64,000 nt of DNA from the NCBI GenBank assembly GCA_003213595.1, contig QCMR01000001.1, positions 262,302 through 326,301 on the forward strand, in the 5' to 3' direction. Below are positions 51,043 to 64,000 of this stretch, one piece after another. Within the stretch, counting starts at the first letter, position 1; every line of letters begins with the position of its first letter. Source of the DNA: SAR86 cluster bacterium AG-422-E19 (GTDB lineage Bacteria > Pseudomonadota > Gammaproteobacteria > Magnimaribacterales > AG-339-G14). The position numbers and the translations under genes were made by a program. The notes under the pieces were generated by a model. It was not told where the DNA came from and ran no database searches. It worked only from the letters and a program-made list of their open reading frames with translations.

Positions 51043-52388
51043 TAACTATCTAGATAACCACTAATCTCATAGATGTCTGCTGGCGATAAAATACCTGAAG
51101 CTAATTTCAATTCTAAAGTACTAATGATGTAATCGTACTTAGCAGCAATGAGATCTCTTTGTGCTGAAAAATAGTTTTTTTCTGCGTTTAACAAATCAAC
51201 AATATTTCTAGTATTTTCTTCATAACCAACCATTGTTGCTTTGAGCGCAAAATTTGAGGATTCTAAGGAAGCTTTCCTAGCATTTACATTGGCTAAATTG
51301 GTCAATACCGAAGTAAATTTTGTTTTTACGTCCCTAATTATAAATCTTTCAGTAAGAAGTTCTTGCTGATCTGCTTGCTCTGCTAAGGCATTTGCTTCTC
51401 TTCTTTCTGCATGCAACAAACCGCCTGTAACAATTGGCCAATTGAATTCCAAACTGTATCTAGTTTGCTCAATCCCGTTTGGACCAAAAGTAGCACCATT
51501 CTGTAAATCGAAACCAACGATACCTCTTGAGTTATTTTGAGTAATGCTCGCAACTAAGTCTATATCTGGAAAATGAGAAGCAAGTTTTGCTTGCGAATTT
51601 TTCCTAGCTGCCATTGCGTTTAACTTAGATGCTTTCAAGGTAAAACTATTTGCCAAAGCTAAATCTGCCCATTGATCCTGTTCTACTGGATCAGGCTTAC
51701 TCACAGGAAAATCGTCATTTAGATCTTTTATGTCAGGAGCATCACCTATGATCGAGATCATTACCTCTCTGGCAAATTCAAGTTGTCCTTCAGAAGCAAT
51801 TTTTGAAACTCTTGCTAAATCATAAAAGGCCTGAGCTTCTTGAAATTCAGATTTAGAGGATACGCCTTCTTCGTAAAGTCGTTTGGTTCGATCTCTTTGT
51901 TTTTTAATTGACTGTTCTTCCAATCTTGCGACTTCAAGATTTTTTTTAGCTTTTAAAAGATTAAAATAAATGTTGGATATTCTGATGATGGTTTCTTGTT
52001 GTGAAAGGGCGAATTTTGCTTCTGCAGCTTCGCCAAGTGCTTTACCTTGAGAAAATTGAAACCATGTATCAACTCTAAAGATTGGTTGAACCAAATTAGC
52101 GGAGTAATAATTAGAGTTGCTGCCTTGGGTATCAGTAAATAATGAAGTATTTTCAGTATTTTTGTTTTCGTTCCAAGTAGTTCCCGCTCTAAGAGAAAAC
52201 TTAGGCAGCAAGCCTGCCATGGCTTTATTTTTTATCTCTTTATTAGCATTAAATGTTGCTTCATCAATTTTCAGCTGCGGATCGCTCGTAAGAGCAAGCT
52301 CATAGACGTCTGCCAAAGTCGCTGCATGACCAAAGGAGCCTAATAATAAAAGGGATAAAGTTATTAGAAATGATGCAAATTTTTCCAA
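51042..52388 (-). CDS. tolC: TolC-family outer membrane channel
   Basis: LADVYELAL.SDP, OEP repeats, G.R.IVDLLNAE, Y.Y; start moved to TTG 52388 after GAGGAG RBS. Confidence 0.85.
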
Positions 52389-52473
52389 AAGATGCTCCTC
52401 TTGAGTTAAATTATGGTTAGGAATGACATAATAATTTTTTGTAACCTTTTTTACCATTAAAATAATCAAATAA

Positions 52474-54231
<1,758 letters not shown>

Positions 54232-54233
54232 AG

Positions 54234-54710
54234 ATGAAACAACAAGGCGATCAAATTTCAGATGCTACTCTGAGAAAATTAGGGTCCGAGGGCATCGATT
54301 CTATTCAACTAAACGAATACTCCAAAGATAAAAAGTTAGTGCTTATTGGAGTTCCTGGAGCCTTTACCCCTACTTGCTCGGTTAATCACGTCCCTGGATT
54401 TATTGAAAAAGCCGATGAAATTCTTGCTAAAGGAGTAGATGAAATAATCTGTATTTCAGTAACCAATCCTTGGGTTATGGATGCTTGGGGAAAAAATTTA
54501 AACGCAGATAAAATTACCATGTTGTCAGACGGAAACTGTGAATTCACAGAGAGTATGGGGCTTATTATGGACGGTAGCGGCTTCGGTCTTGGGAAAGTGT
54601 CATCGAGATATGCAGCTATCGTCGAAGACGGGAAGATAAATTGCTTACTTGCAGAAAAAGGCGGTACATTTGAAGTAAGCAGTGCAGAAAATATTCTAGA
54701 ACACTTATAA
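54234..54710 (+). CDS. Peroxiredoxin, Prx5/type II family
   Basis: GVPGAFTPTCS..H.PG, WVMDAW, S.RYA. Confidence 0.92.
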   Translation: MKQQGDQISDATLRKLGSEGIDSIQLNEYSKDKKLVLIGVPGAFTPTCSVNHVPGFIEKADEILAKGVDEIICISVTNPWVMDAWGKNLNADKITMLSDGNCEFTESMGLIMDGSGFGLGKVSSRYAAIVEDGKINCLLAEKGGTFEVSSAENILEHL

Positions 54711-54712
54711 GC

Positions 54713-56608
54713 TTGGCTAATAGAGACTATACATCTGAATCCATTGAGGTGCTTTCGGGTCTAGAGCCCGTTAGAAAAAGGCCTGGAATGTATACCGACA
54801 CTACCAGCCCCAATCACTTGGTGATGGAAGTGATTGATAACAGTGTGGATGAGGCTTTGGCAGGTTATGCAAAAGAAATTTCAGTTGTCCTAAATAAAGA
54901 TTTTTCTGTATCTGTTGAAGATGATGGTAGAGGTATGCCAGTTGATATTCACCCAGAAGAAAAAGTACCAGGTGTGGAATTGATTTTTTCAAGATTGCAT
55001 GCAGGGGCTAAGTTTTCAAATAAAGATTATGTCTTTTCTGGAGGCCTTCACGGTGTCGGTGTTTCAGTTGTAAATGCTCTATCGACTTATCTTGATGCGG
55101 AAATCAAACGAGACGGAAAAAAGTATGAAATTAAATTTAAAGATAGCGTAAAGAAAAAGGATCTAAAGGTTATAGATAGTGTTGGACAAAGAAATTCAGG
55201 AACAAAAATTTTATTCAAAGCAGATCCATCATTTTTTGATACTGAAAAAATTTCCGGAAAATATCTTTCTAATTCTCTGAAAGCAAAAGCCGTTCTGTGT
55301 CCAGGTTTAAAAATTAAATTTAAAGATGAAGTTAATAAGACAAAAGAAGAGTGGTGTTTCGTTGATGGGCTTGGAAAATATTTAAGTACCTCCCTAGACG
55401 AAGGCGAATATCTACCTGAAGAACCGATCGAAGGAGAGTTCGAGGATGAGGAAAACTCACTTGCTTGGGCGGTGGCGTGGGAATTACGAGATCAAGATAG
55501 TATTACTGAAAGTTATGTGAACCTAATTCCTACCATTCAAGGCGGTACACATGTTGCTGGGATGCGAACCGGAATAACCGATGCCTTAAAAGAATTTTGT
55601 GAATATCGAAATTTAATTCCCAAAGGCGTAAAAGTTACTGCGGAAGATGTCTGGAAAAATGCCTCTTATGTTCTTTCCGCAAAACTAAAGGACCCACAAT
55701 TTTCTGGGCAGACCAAAGAGAAACTGTCTTCTAAAGACTTTCAAACTATTGCAGCGAATATTACAAGAGATGCTTTTGCTATTTGGCTCAATAAGGAAAC
55801 AGAGCTTGCTGAGAGAATTGCTAATATTGCAATCGATAACGCACAAAAAAGAGTAAAGGAAAGTAAATCTGTAGAGAGAAAAAAAGTTACCAAAGGAGTA
55901 ACTCTTCCAGGAAAACTTTCTGATTGTGTTTCATCTAATTACGAAGAAACCGAGTTGTTTTTAGTAGAAGGAGATTCTGCCGGCGGTTCAGCGAAACAAG
56001 CTAGGGATAGAAACTTTCAAGCTGTTATGGCTTTAAAAGGCAAAATTTTAAATACTTGGGAAGTTGATACCGATGCAGTAAATCAATCCCAAGAGGTAAA
56101 AGATATTGGCATGGCAATTGGATTGCAACCAGGATGCAGAGTCTTGGACGGTCTGAGATACGGCAAGATATGTATCTTGGCAGACGCAGATTCTGATGGC
56201 CTACACATTGCAACGTTGATTTGTGCCTTATTTCTCAAACATTTTAGGCCTTTGGTAGAGGAAGGTAGGTTATATGTAGCACAGCCTCCTTTGTTCAGAA
56301 TCGATCAAGGTAAGGATATTTATTATGCCCTAGATGAAAAAGAAAAAGACGACTTGGTAAAAAAACTTACAACGCAAAATAAAAGAACCAAAGTTGAGAT
56401 ACAAAGATTCAAAGGTTTGGGTGAAATGAATCCTTCTCAGTTGAAAGAAACTACTATGTCCCAAGACGTAAGAAAATTACTGCAACTCAAATTAGAAAAA
56501 GGAAATAGTGCAACGACTATGTTCAACATGTTGCTCTCTAAAAAAAGAGCTCCAGATAGAAAAAGTTGGTTAGAAAGTAAGGGAGATTTAGCAAGTATCA
56601 ATGAGTAA
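54713..56608 (+). CDS. parE: DNA topoisomerase IV subunit B
   Basis: [44 protein letters not shown]; followed by parC; TTG start. Confidence 0.96.
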   Translation: MANRDYTSESIEVLSGLEPVRKRPGMYTDTTSPNHLVMEVIDNSVDEALAGYAKEISVVLNKDFSVSVEDDGRGMPVDIHPEEKVPGVELIFSRLHAGAKFSNKDYVFSGGLHGVGVSVVNALSTYLDAEIKRDGKKYEIKFKDSVKKKDLKVIDSVGQRNSGTKILFKADPSFFDTEKISGKYLSNSLKAKAVLCPGLKIKFKDEVNKTKEEWCFVDGLGKYLSTSLDEGEYLPEEPIEGEFEDEENSLAWAVAWELRDQDSITESYVNLIPTIQGGTHVAGMRTGITDALKEFCEYRNLIPKGVKVTAEDVWKNASYVLSAKLKDPQFSGQTKEKLSSKDFQTIAANITRDAFAIWLNKETELAERIANIAIDNAQKRVKESKSVERKKVTKGVTLPGKLSDCVSSNYEETELFLVEGDSAGGSAKQARDRNFQAVMALKGKILNTWEVDTDAVNQSQEVKDIGMAIGLQPGCRVLDGLRYGKICILADADSDGLHIATLICALFLKHFRPLVEEGRLYVAQPPLFRIDQGKDIYYALDEKEKDDLVKKLTTQNKRTKVEIQRFKGLGEMNPSQLKETTMSQDVRKLLQLKLEKGNSATTMFNMLLSKKRAPDRKSWLESKGDLASINE

Positions 56609-58829
56609 AGATAAAAGCCTAAGTATTGGCGGCTTTGCAGAGAAAGCCTATCTCGATTACTCCATGTATGTAATCTTAGATAGGGCACTTCCTTTTATTG
56701 GAGATGGTTTAAAACCAGTCCAACGAAGAATAATTTATGCGATGTCCGAAATAGGATTGAAATCTACTTCCAAGTTTAAGAAAAGTGCAAGAACCGTCGG
56801 TGAGGTGATAGGTAAATTTCATCCTCATGGCGACAATGCCGCCTATGAGGCAATGGTTTTAATGGCACAGAATTTCTCTACTAGGTATCCCTTGATTGAA
56901 GGACAAGGAAATTGGGGTTCTCTTGATGATCCAAAGAGTTTCGCTGCAGTAAGGTATACAGAGTGTAGGCTTTCAGCCTACGCACAAGTATTGCTCTCAG
57001 AATTATCTCAAGGAACTGTAGATTGGGGTCCAAATTTTGATGGTACTCTGATCGAGCCAAGATTTTTGTCATCAAGAATTCCAAATGTTTTACTCAACGG
57101 TGCTTCTGGTATTGCAGTTGGTATGGCAACAGATATTCCGCCTCATAATTTAAATGAAGTTGTAAATGCAACTATTGCTCTTATTGACTCTCCTAAACTT
57201 TCTGTAAAAGAGCTTTTAAAAATTATTCCAGCCCCTGACTTTCCAACCAAAGCAGAAATTATTTCAACCCCTGAAGAACTTCTGGAAATGTATCAGACCG
57301 GAAGAGGAGCAGTTAAGTTAAGAGCAACATATGAAATAGAAAATGGCGAGGTTGTCATTACAGCTCTTCCATATCAAGTTTCAACGACAAGGATTCTAGA
57401 ACAGATTGCTGCACAAATTGATTCAAAAAAAATGAATCTTATAGAAGATCTTAGAGACGAGAGCGATGGTGAAAATCCCGTAAGAATTATTGTCGTGCCT
57501 AGATCGAATAGGGTTGATAAAGATGCCTTGATGAGTCATCTCTTTGCTACAACAGATTTACAAAAGAACGTCAGAGTTAATTTGAATGTGATTGGTTTAA
57601 GCGGAAGGCCAAAAGTTTTTGATTTGAGAGAAATTCTTAAAGAATGGATCATTTTTAGAACACAAACTGTCAAAAGGAGGCTGCAACACAGATTAGATTG
57701 GCTCAACGACAGATTGCATATTCTTGAAGGTTTGATGATTGCTTATCTAAATTTAGATGAGGTAATTAAAATAATTAGAACTCATGACAATCCAAAGAAA
57801 CAATTAATTAAAAAATTCAAACTCACTGAAATTCAGGCAAACGCTATTCTTGATATTCGTTTGCGCCAGCTCGCAAAGCTTGAAGAACAAAGCATCATCG
57901 AAGAAAGGGATTCATTAAAATCAGAAGCAAAGGAAATTGAAAAAATACTTAATTCTGCATCTCGCTTAAAAACTCTTATTAAAAAAGAATTAAAAGAAGA
58001 TCAGGAAGAATTTGGCGATGAAAGAAACAGCATGCTAGCCGAGGCAGAGGAAGCAAAAGCTTTTGATGAAAAAGAACTCATTTCAAATGATCCAATGACG
58101 GTGGTTTTATCAGAAAAAGGTTGGATTCGGGCTGCCAAAGGACATGATGTAGATGTAGAAGGATTGCAATACAGAGAAGGAGATTCTTACTTATCTTCGT
58201 CTTTTGCAAGAAACAGCCAAAATGCTGTTCTATTGGATAATTTTGGCAAAGCCTATACTTTACCTATTCATCAATTGCCATCTGCGAGAGGTCAAGGCGA
58301 TCCAGTTTCAGGAAAGATTAATGCCCAATCCGGAGCAACTTTTCCTGGTGTGATTGCAGGATCGGATGAAACCTTAGCTGTGTTAGCGTCTAATTTAGGC
58401 TATGGTTTTGTGGTTAAGTTGGGAGACCTGCAAACAAAAAACAAATCCGGTAAAGCGGCTTTGAATGCGAAGAATGCTAAGCCAATCACACCTAAGATTC
58501 TTTCAGCAGTTGAGGAAAATTACATTGCCTCGATTACTCAAGAAGGCAAAATGTTAATTATCGAAGCAGGCGAATTACCAATTTTAGGAAAAGGTAAGGG
58601 TAACAAAATCATTTCAATTGATAAAAAGAAGTTTGAAGCTAAAGAAGACCAACTCATGTATTTGGTAACTTTCAAAAAAGGAGAGTCCATAAAACTTTAC
58701 AGTGGCAAACAACATTTTGTTATCAAACCTAACGATTTAGAAAATTTTCTAGGAAATCGAGGCAGAAAGGGAAACTTCTTACCTAAGGGTTATCGCAAGG
58801 TTGATAAAGTCGAAGTAATCTCTGAGTAA
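56601..58829 (+). CDS. parC: DNA topoisomerase IV subunit A
   Basis: [28 protein letters not shown] catalytic Tyr. Confidence 0.96.
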   Translation: MSKDKSLSIGGFAEKAYLDYSMYVILDRALPFIGDGLKPVQRRIIYAMSEIGLKSTSKFKKSARTVGEVIGKFHPHGDNAAYEAMVLMAQNFSTRYPLIEGQGNWGSLDDPKSFAAVRYTECRLSAYAQVLLSELSQGTVDWGPNFDGTLIEPRFLSSRIPNVLLNGASGIAVGMATDIPPHNLNEVVNATIALIDSPKLSVKELLKIIPAPDFPTKAEIISTPEELLEMYQTGRGAVKLRATYEIENGEVVITALPYQVSTTRILEQIAAQIDSKKMNLIEDLRDESDGENPVRIIVVPRSNRVDKDALMSHLFATTDLQKNVRVNLNVIGLSGRPKVFDLREILKEWIIFRTQTVKRRLQHRLDWLNDRLHILEGLMIAYLNLDEVIKIIRTHDNPKKQLIKKFKLTEIQANAILDIRLRQLAKLEEQSIIEERDSLKSEAKEIEKILNSASRLKTLIKKELKEDQEEFGDERNSMLAEAEEAKAFDEKELISNDPMTVVLSEKGWIRAAKGHDVDVEGLQYREGDSYLSSSFARNSQNAVLLDNFGKAYTLPIHQLPSARGQGDPVSGKINAQSGATFPGVIAGSDETLAVLASNLGYGFVVKLGDLQTKNKSGKAALNAKNAKPITPKILSAVEENYIASITQEGKMLIIEAGELPILGKGKGNKIISIDKKKFEAKEDQLMYLVTFKKGESIKLYSGKQHFVIKPNDLENFLGNRGRKGNFLPKGYRKVDKVEVISE

Positions 58830-60023
58830 TCACTTCAAAGCTTTGACGGCTTTTTCAAATCTTTTAAAACCTTCTTCAATCTCATTGTCTGAAATAATTA
58901 ACGAAGGGGCGATTCTAATTGTTTTTTCTCCAGCAGCTTGGACTAATATCAATCCTTTTTTATAGCAGGCATCAATAAAGTCTTTTGCTTTTATTTTTTT
59001 AAAGTCGCAACAGATCCATAGGCCGGCCGATCTTACATCTTCAAATAAATCAAACTTTTCAGATAATTTATTTAATTTTTCATGAAAGATGAATGTTTTT
59101 TTCATAACACCTTTTAAAACTTTTTGAGAAGAGACTATTTCTACAACTTTCTTAGCAACTTCGCAGGCAAGGGGATTTCCTCCAAAGGTACTGCCATGAG
59201 TGCCTGGTTGAAAAGCTTTAGCAATTTTGCCGGTCGTTAAAGTTGCCCCAATCGGTATTCCTCCACCAAGGCCTTTTGCCAGAGTGGAAATATCTGGCTT
59301 AACGCCATAACCCATATAAGCCATTAAAGTTCCTGTTCTACCTATACCACTTTGAACTTCATCTAATATCAATAGACAGTCTTTTTCATTAGCTAATTTT
59401 CTAAGCCCCTCTAAGAAAGGATTTTCTGCTCTGATTATTCCTGACTCTCCTAAAATAGGTTCCACAAAAATAGCAGCGGTTTTTTTGGAAATAGTTTTTT
59501 TGACAGAGTTAAGATCATTAAATTTTGCTCTCTTGAATCCTTGCAGAAGAGGGCCAAAACCTGTTTTTTGGAATTTAGAATCGCCGGCGGTTATATTCAA
59601 CATTGATCTGCCATGAAAAGCATTAGTAAAAACAATGATTTCATGTTTTTCTGGTTTGCCTTGGTCAAAATAATATTTTCTGGCTAATTTAATTGCTGCT
59701 TCATTTGCTTCATTTCCAGAATTGGAAAAAAATACTTTGTCGGCAAAAGTTTTATCAGCAAGCATTCTGCTTAGCTCTAAGGCTGGTTTGTTGTACAAAT
59801 AATTACTCACATGCCAAAGCTTTGAAGATTGTTCTTTCAAAACTTTATTGAGTTGTGGATGAGAATGACCAAGACAAGTAACGGCAATACCTCCACCAAA
59901 GTCGATGTAGTCTTTCCCTTGTTCGTCCCACAGAACTGACTTTTTACCTTTGACGGGAATAAATGATGCCGGAGCATAATTTGGCATCAGGGAAGTTCTA
60001 TTTATAGAATTAATCTTTGTCAT
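58830..60023 (-). CDS. argD: Acetylornithine/succinylornithine aminotransferase (class III)
   Basis: DFGGGIAV, NSGNEANE, FHGR, DEVQSG, LAKGLGGG, HGSTFGGNP. Confidence 0.9.
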   Translation of the reverse strand: MTKINSINRTSLMPNYAPASFIPVKGKKSVLWDEQGKDYIDFGGGIAVTCLGHSHPQLNKVLKEQSSKLWHVSNYLYNKPALELSRMLADKTFADKVFFSNSGNEANEAAIKLARKYYFDQGKPEKHEIIVFTNAFHGRSMLNITAGDSKFQKTGFGPLLQGFKRAKFNDLNSVKKTISKKTAAIFVEPILGESGIIRAENPFLEGLRKLANEKDCLLILDEVQSGIGRTGTLMAYMGYGVKPDISTLAKGLGGGIPIGATLTTGKIAKAFQPGTHGSTFGGNPLACEVAKKVVEIVSSQKVLKGVMKKTFIFHEKLNKLSEKFDLFEDVRSAGLWICCDFKKIKAKDFIDACYKKGLILVQAAGEKTIRIAPSLIISDNEIEEGFKRFEKAVKALK

Positions 60024-60084
60024 TTTTTGCTATTGATTATTGAAAATATCATAATCTGAACAGTTTTTTTCATAAAAAGGTATT

Positions 60085-60573
60085 TTGTTAATGGTTATAA
60101 CTGAACAAATTGATAATGGATATAGATTATCTTTGATGCCAAATAGTTCAATTTCTTGGCAGGGCAGTTTGTTATTTTTAGCACTGATTTCCTTTCCGAT
60201 AACCATTATTGGCATTACTTTCTTTTTTTATGGTGCTCCGATTATTCTTCCCTTTGCTGGTTTGGAAATTTTAATCGTCGGGACAGCTCTTTATGTTGTT
60301 TTTAAGAAAAGTTCAAAGAAGGAAGTCATAACGCTCACTAAAGAGAAATTAACAATTGAAAAGGGTCGCTTCAGACCGGATTCAGTTTCAGAATTCATCA
60401 GAGAATGGTCATATGTTTTTGTTGAAAAACCTTCTCATCATTGGTATCCAATTAAAATTGTCATATCTTCCAAGGGAGAAAAAATTCCGGTCGGGAATTT
60501 TTTAACCGAAGAAGAAAAAAAAGAATTTGTCAGTAGTTTGGAAGAAATTATCAGCGAATATCGAGCAGACTAA
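60085..60573 (+). CDS. DUF2244-family membrane protein
   Basis: L.PN.S, two TM helices with ILPFAGLE, VG.FL..EEK. Confidence 0.8.
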   Translation: MLMVITEQIDNGYRLSLMPNSSISWQGSLLFLALISFPITIIGITFFFYGAPIILPFAGLEILIVGTALYVVFKKSSKKEVITLTKEKLTIEKGRFRPDSVSEFIREWSYVFVEKPSHHWYPIKIVISSKGEKIPVGNFLTEEEKKEFVSSLEEIISEYRAD

Positions 60574-60574
60574 A

Positions 60575-61741
60575 CTACTTAGCTCTCTGGTTGAAACGTC
60601 TACCAATCATTGCTGAAGCAATATTTACTTTTTGAACATCAATTGTTCCGCCAGCAATTCCCCAACCAAAAGAATCTCTGACGCGTCTTTCCATTTTGTA
60701 TTCTTTGTTAAATCCGTAACCACCCATAAGCTGCATCGCGTTCGTCGTGACTTCTCTTGAGATTTCATTGGCAAAACATTTTGCAGTACTTGATTCCAAT
60801 ATATCTGGCAAACCATTGGCAGCATTGAAAACTGCACGGTGAATCAAAAGTCTAGACGCTTCTACTCGAATAAGCATGTCAGCAAGTTTGATTTGAACTG
60901 CTTGAAAATCAACCAACTGCTTACCAAATTGCTCCCTTTCTTGAACATATTCTTTGACATAGTCCAAAGCTGCTGCTGCTTGAGATAAAGCCATTGTTGC
61001 GTTCCCACACCTTTCTAAGTCAAAGGTTTCCATTAATTTTTTGAACCCATCTTCGGGCTCAACCAATAAATTATCTATTGGAACCTCTACGTTATCGAAG
61101 TAGATGTCTGCTGAAGGTATTCCACGCCAACCCATCAAGCTCTCACTATTTCCAAAGGTCAGTCCTGGTGTATCGATATCAACAAAGACGGCACCAATAC
61201 CTTTTGCAGCAGGAGCATCAGACATTCGGGCATAAACTACATAACCATCTGAATGACCGGCACCTGAACACCAACGTTTGGTTCCATTGATTACGATTTT
61301 GTCTCCTTTGATTTCAGCTTTGGTTTTTAAATCGGTTAAACCGGTTCCAGCATTGGGTTCTGACATACTTACGGCTACCACCATCTCACCTTTACAAACT
61401 TTGGGAATCACTCTTTGCTTTAGAGCATCTGAACCAAAATGTTCAATGACTTTTACAGGACCTGCATTTGCTTCAAATACTGGCCAACCTACTGCAGAAG
61501 ATATCTTTCCAAATTCTTCAAGAACTATGATGGCATCAAGATTGGAAAGCCCAAGTCCACCATACTCTGTTGGTGTATTGATTCCTAAAAAGCCCAAATC
61601 ACCAATTTTTTTTAGCACATCCTTTGGCACAGGATTCGCTGATTCTTCCATTTCATCAGCCAATGCTGTTAATTCCTTTTGAGCAAAATCTCTTGCGACT
61701 TTTTGCAACTCTAATTGTTCTGCAGTTAATTTAAAATCCAT
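60575..61741 (-). CDS. Acyl-CoA dehydrogenase family protein
   Basis: PTEYGGLG, SEPNAGT, NGTKRW, REQFGK...FQAVQ, QLMGGYG, GGTIDVQK; ATG 61741 preferred. Confidence 0.92.
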   Translation of the reverse strand: MDFKLTAEQLELQKVARDFAQKELTALADEMEESANPVPKDVLKKIGDLGFLGINTPTEYGGLGLSNLDAIIVLEEFGKISSAVGWPVFEANAGPVKVIEHFGSDALKQRVIPKVCKGEMVVAVSMSEPNAGTGLTDLKTKAEIKGDKIVINGTKRWCSGAGHSDGYVVYARMSDAPAAKGIGAVFVDIDTPGLTFGNSESLMGWRGIPSADIYFDNVEVPIDNLLVEPEDGFKKLMETFDLERCGNATMALSQAAAALDYVKEYVQEREQFGKQLVDFQAVQIKLADMLIRVEASRLLIHRAVFNAANGLPDILESSTAKCFANEISREVTTNAMQLMGGYGFNKEYKMERRVRDSFGWGIAGGTIDVQKVNIASAMIGRRFNQRAK

Positions 61742-61782
61742 AATGAAAGGATAATTATACACATTGAGTTAAAATCATCATC

Positions 61783-62199
61783 ATGACGGCAAAAAATTTT
61801 TCTGCTCCAAAAGGTTACGAAAGTCTCAATCAAACCGAAGACCATATTGCGAATATCGGTCAAGGTTTTTACAAAAGAAATGAAGCAGGAGATTTGATAA
61901 TGGCTTTTTGGGTAAGACAAGAAAACGGAAATTCTGGCGGAGTTGCTCATGGAGGGATGTTGATGAGTATTGCGGATTATTGTTTGTGTTCTGTTGCGAT
62001 GGAATCAAAAGAAAATTACGCAGCAACCATAAGTTTCAGATCGGAATTTGTAGCTCCTGCAAAGGTTGGCTCTTTGGTAGAAATATTTACTACGATTACC
62101 AAAGAGACGAGGAGTCTTGCTTTTGGGCAAGGCCACATCGAATGCGAAGGAGAAATTGTCTTTAGTTTTTCTGGAATAGTAAAAAAGATAAAAAAATAA
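61783..62199 (+). CDS. PaaI-family thioesterase (hot-dog fold)
   Basis: N..GVAHGGMLMSIAD motif. Confidence 0.85.
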   Translation: MTAKNFSAPKGYESLNQTEDHIANIGQGFYKRNEAGDLIMAFWVRQENGNSGGVAHGGMLMSIADYCLCSVAMESKENYAATISFRSEFVAPAKVGSLVEIFTTITKETRSLAFGQGHIECEGEIVFSFSGIVKKIKK

Positions 62200-62200
62200 A

Positions 62201-63445
62201 CTAACTTAGTTTCTTTTTTACTTTTATCTTTTTTAGTTCAGCAACATCAGGAAGGCCATTAACATATTTTATTGCTGCTTCTCCTTTTATCAGAGGTCTT
62301 AAATATGTTTTTCCTGCTTGAGTAATTTCAAAACCATTTTTAGAAATAAATTTTTTAGGCATAGTTTTTTCAATATTAGCCACATTTTTAAGAGGCGCAG
62401 TTGCTATTTTCCATTTATAAGGTGAATCACTTGTCCTTTTAATAATCGGCATTAGAGCTGTCTTTCCAGCAATAGCTAGTTTCACCGCATGTTCTCCTAC
62501 AGCGTAAGCCTGATCTAGATCGGTTTTTGATGCTATGTGTCTTGCTGAGCGCTGTAGATAATCTGCTACTGCCCAGTGATTTTTTAATCCAATCTTTGAA
62601 ATCATTCCAGCTAAGACAGGAGCCACTCCTCCAAGCTGTTTGTGACCAAAAGCGTCCGTTAACCCTGAGTCTGCTAAAAACTTCCCATTTTTTGTTTGAG
62701 TACCTTCTGAGGCGACAATGACACAATAGCCTTGCTCTTTAACAGTTTGTTTGACCTGAGTAATAAATTTAGTTTTCTCAAAAGGCACTTCGGGCAGCAA
62801 AATAATATGAGGCGGATCACCTGCTTTAGTTGCAGCTAAACAGGATGCTGCAGCAATCCATCCTGCATGTCTTCCCATGACTTCCAAAATGAAAACTTTC
62901 GTTGATGTTTCAGCCATGCTTTTGACGTCAAGTCCAGCTTCTAAAGTTGAAGTAGCAATGTATTTTGCAACTGAACCGAAGCCAGGTGAGCAGTCTGTAT
63001 AAGGCAAATCATTATCAACCGTTTTTGGTATCCCAACACAATTCAATGGAAACTTTAGCTTTTTTGCCATTTCAGATACCTTAAAAGTAGTATCTTGACT
63101 GTCTCCTCCCCCGTTATAAAAAAAATATTCAATATCATGCGCAGCAAAAACTTCAAACAATCTCTCATATTCTTTCTTTTGCTTTATTGGATCCTGTAAT
63201 TTAAATCTGCAAGAACCAAATGCTCCGCCAGGAGTTTGTTTCAGTTTTGCAATGTTCGATTTAGTTTCTTTGGAAGTATCTATAAGTTCTTCGTTTAAAG
63301 CACCAAGGATGCCATTCTCCCCAGCAAGCACCTTGTGAATTTTTTTCGATTTATTTACAGTCTCAATGACGCCACATGCAGATGCATTTATTACAGCTGT
63401 TACTCCACCTGATTGAGCATAGAAGGCGTTTTTAACTTTTGTCAT
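62201..63445 (-). CDS. pfp: 6-phosphofructokinase, probably PPi-dependent
   Basis: QSGG, GGGDS, PKTVDND, EVMGRHAGW, ASEG. Confidence 0.88.
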   Translation of the reverse strand: MTKVKNAFYAQSGGVTAVINASACGVIETVNKSKKIHKVLAGENGILGALNEELIDTSKETKSNIAKLKQTPGGAFGSCRFKLQDPIKQKKEYERLFEVFAAHDIEYFFYNGGGDSQDTTFKVSEMAKKLKFPLNCVGIPKTVDNDLPYTDCSPGFGSVAKYIATSTLEAGLDVKSMAETSTKVFILEVMGRHAGWIAAASCLAATKAGDPPHIILLPEVPFEKTKFITQVKQTVKEQGYCVIVASEGTQTKNGKFLADSGLTDAFGHKQLGGVAPVLAGMISKIGLKNHWAVADYLQRSARHIASKTDLDQAYAVGEHAVKLAIAGKTALMPIIKRTSDSPYKWKIATAPLKNVANIEKTMPKKFISKNGFEITQAGKTYLRPLIKGEAAIKYVNGLPDVAELKKIKVKKKLS

Positions 63446-63497
63446 TGAGGCAATATAACTGAAAAAAGGTTGTGTGGGAAAAGGATATAATCATCAG

Positions 63498-64000
63498 ATG
63501 AAAATATATGTTTTAGGTATTTGCGGAACTTTTATGGGAGGACTTGCGCAGTTGGCAGCTGAAAAAGGCATTAAAGTTTCTGGCTGTGACGAGAATGTAT
63601 ATCCTCCTATGGACCAAGTATTACTTTCAAATGGCATTACGATTGATGAAGGATACAATCCAAAAAATTTACCCAAAGATGTTGATTTGGTTGTTGTGGG
63701 AAATGTTATAGCGCGTGGTAACCCCATGATCGAAGAAATACTTAATAAAGGTATAGACTTCATTTCTGGCCCAGAGTTTTTATCAAAATACTTATTAGCC
63801 AAGAGACATGTGGTAGCTATAAGCGGAACTCATGGTAAAACCTCTGTATCCTCAATGGTTACAAAAGTACTTCTTGATAATGGAGTAGATTGTGGTTACT
63901 TAATTGCTGGAAGAGCGAAAGATTTAGATGCAACTGCTTCATTAGGAACTCATGAGTTTTTTGTCATAGAGGCTGATGAGTATGACACTGCTTTTTTTGA
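63498..64000 (+). CDS. mpl: Murein peptide ligase Mpl, N-terminal part (runs off window end)
   Basis: Manual translation MKIYVLGICGTFMGGLA..., VYPPM, VVGNV, GTHGKTS, IEADEYDTAFF. Confidence 0.93.
   Translation, partial: MKIYVLGICGTFMGGLAQLAAEKGIKVSGCDENVYPPMDQVLLSNGITIDEGYNPKNLPKDVDLVVVGNVIARGNPMIEEILNKGIDFISGPEFLSKYLLAKRHVVAISGTHGKTSVSSMVTKVLLDNGVDCGYLIAGRAKDLDATASLGTHEFFVIEADEYDTAFF

Noticed and set aside
61278-61682. 134-aa plus-strand ORF and other 60-120 aa ORFs nested in core genes
   Set aside because: Fully inside well-supported genes on the other strand or frame; no motifs or initiation signals
63494-63802. 102-aa minus-strand ORF
   Set aside because: Shadow of mpl, which the track missed because it lacks a stop inside the window

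Overview
A 64-kb, AT-rich, very compact bacterial chromosome segment. Many start/stop codons overlap and most intergenic gaps are under 100 bp. Gene content and sequence style suggest a streamlined marine gammaproteobacterium, possibly SAR86-like (inference only). Layout: ~0-13.4 kb is an accessory block of flavin/NAD(P)H oxidoreductases, hydrolases, selO and secreted hypothetical proteins. The rest is mostly core genes: polA, engB, cytochrome c4, dsbA, hflX, tRNA-Arg(CCG), xerC/dapF/lysA/lptM/argH/ahcY/metK, tkt/pgk/class I aldolase, tatABC/hisE/ubiB/ubiE, orn, miaB-phoH-ybeY-corC, oxyR-katG, coaD, mutM, tolC, thiC, parE/parC, argD, PPi-PFK and a partial mpl. I saw no CRISPR array, IS, prophage or rRNA. 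Best leads: (1) a CitE/RipC-like lyase + RipB-like hydratase + family III CoA-transferase cassette resembling itaconate/C5-dicarboxylate catabolism; (2) a pseudoazurin carrying what looks like the cytochrome c5 N-terminal leader, next to a c5 that lacks it; (3) a repeated leaderless-mRNA signature (TAnnnT 6-8 nt before ATG, no Shine-Dalgarno) on genes heading transcription units; (4) three small ORFs absent from the supplied track: a 30-aa membrane peptide in its own transcript, a 40-aa CxxC...CxxC protein, and a 29-aa ORF with a hairpin-masked start right after engB. Family assignments come from motif recognition by eye; no searches were run.
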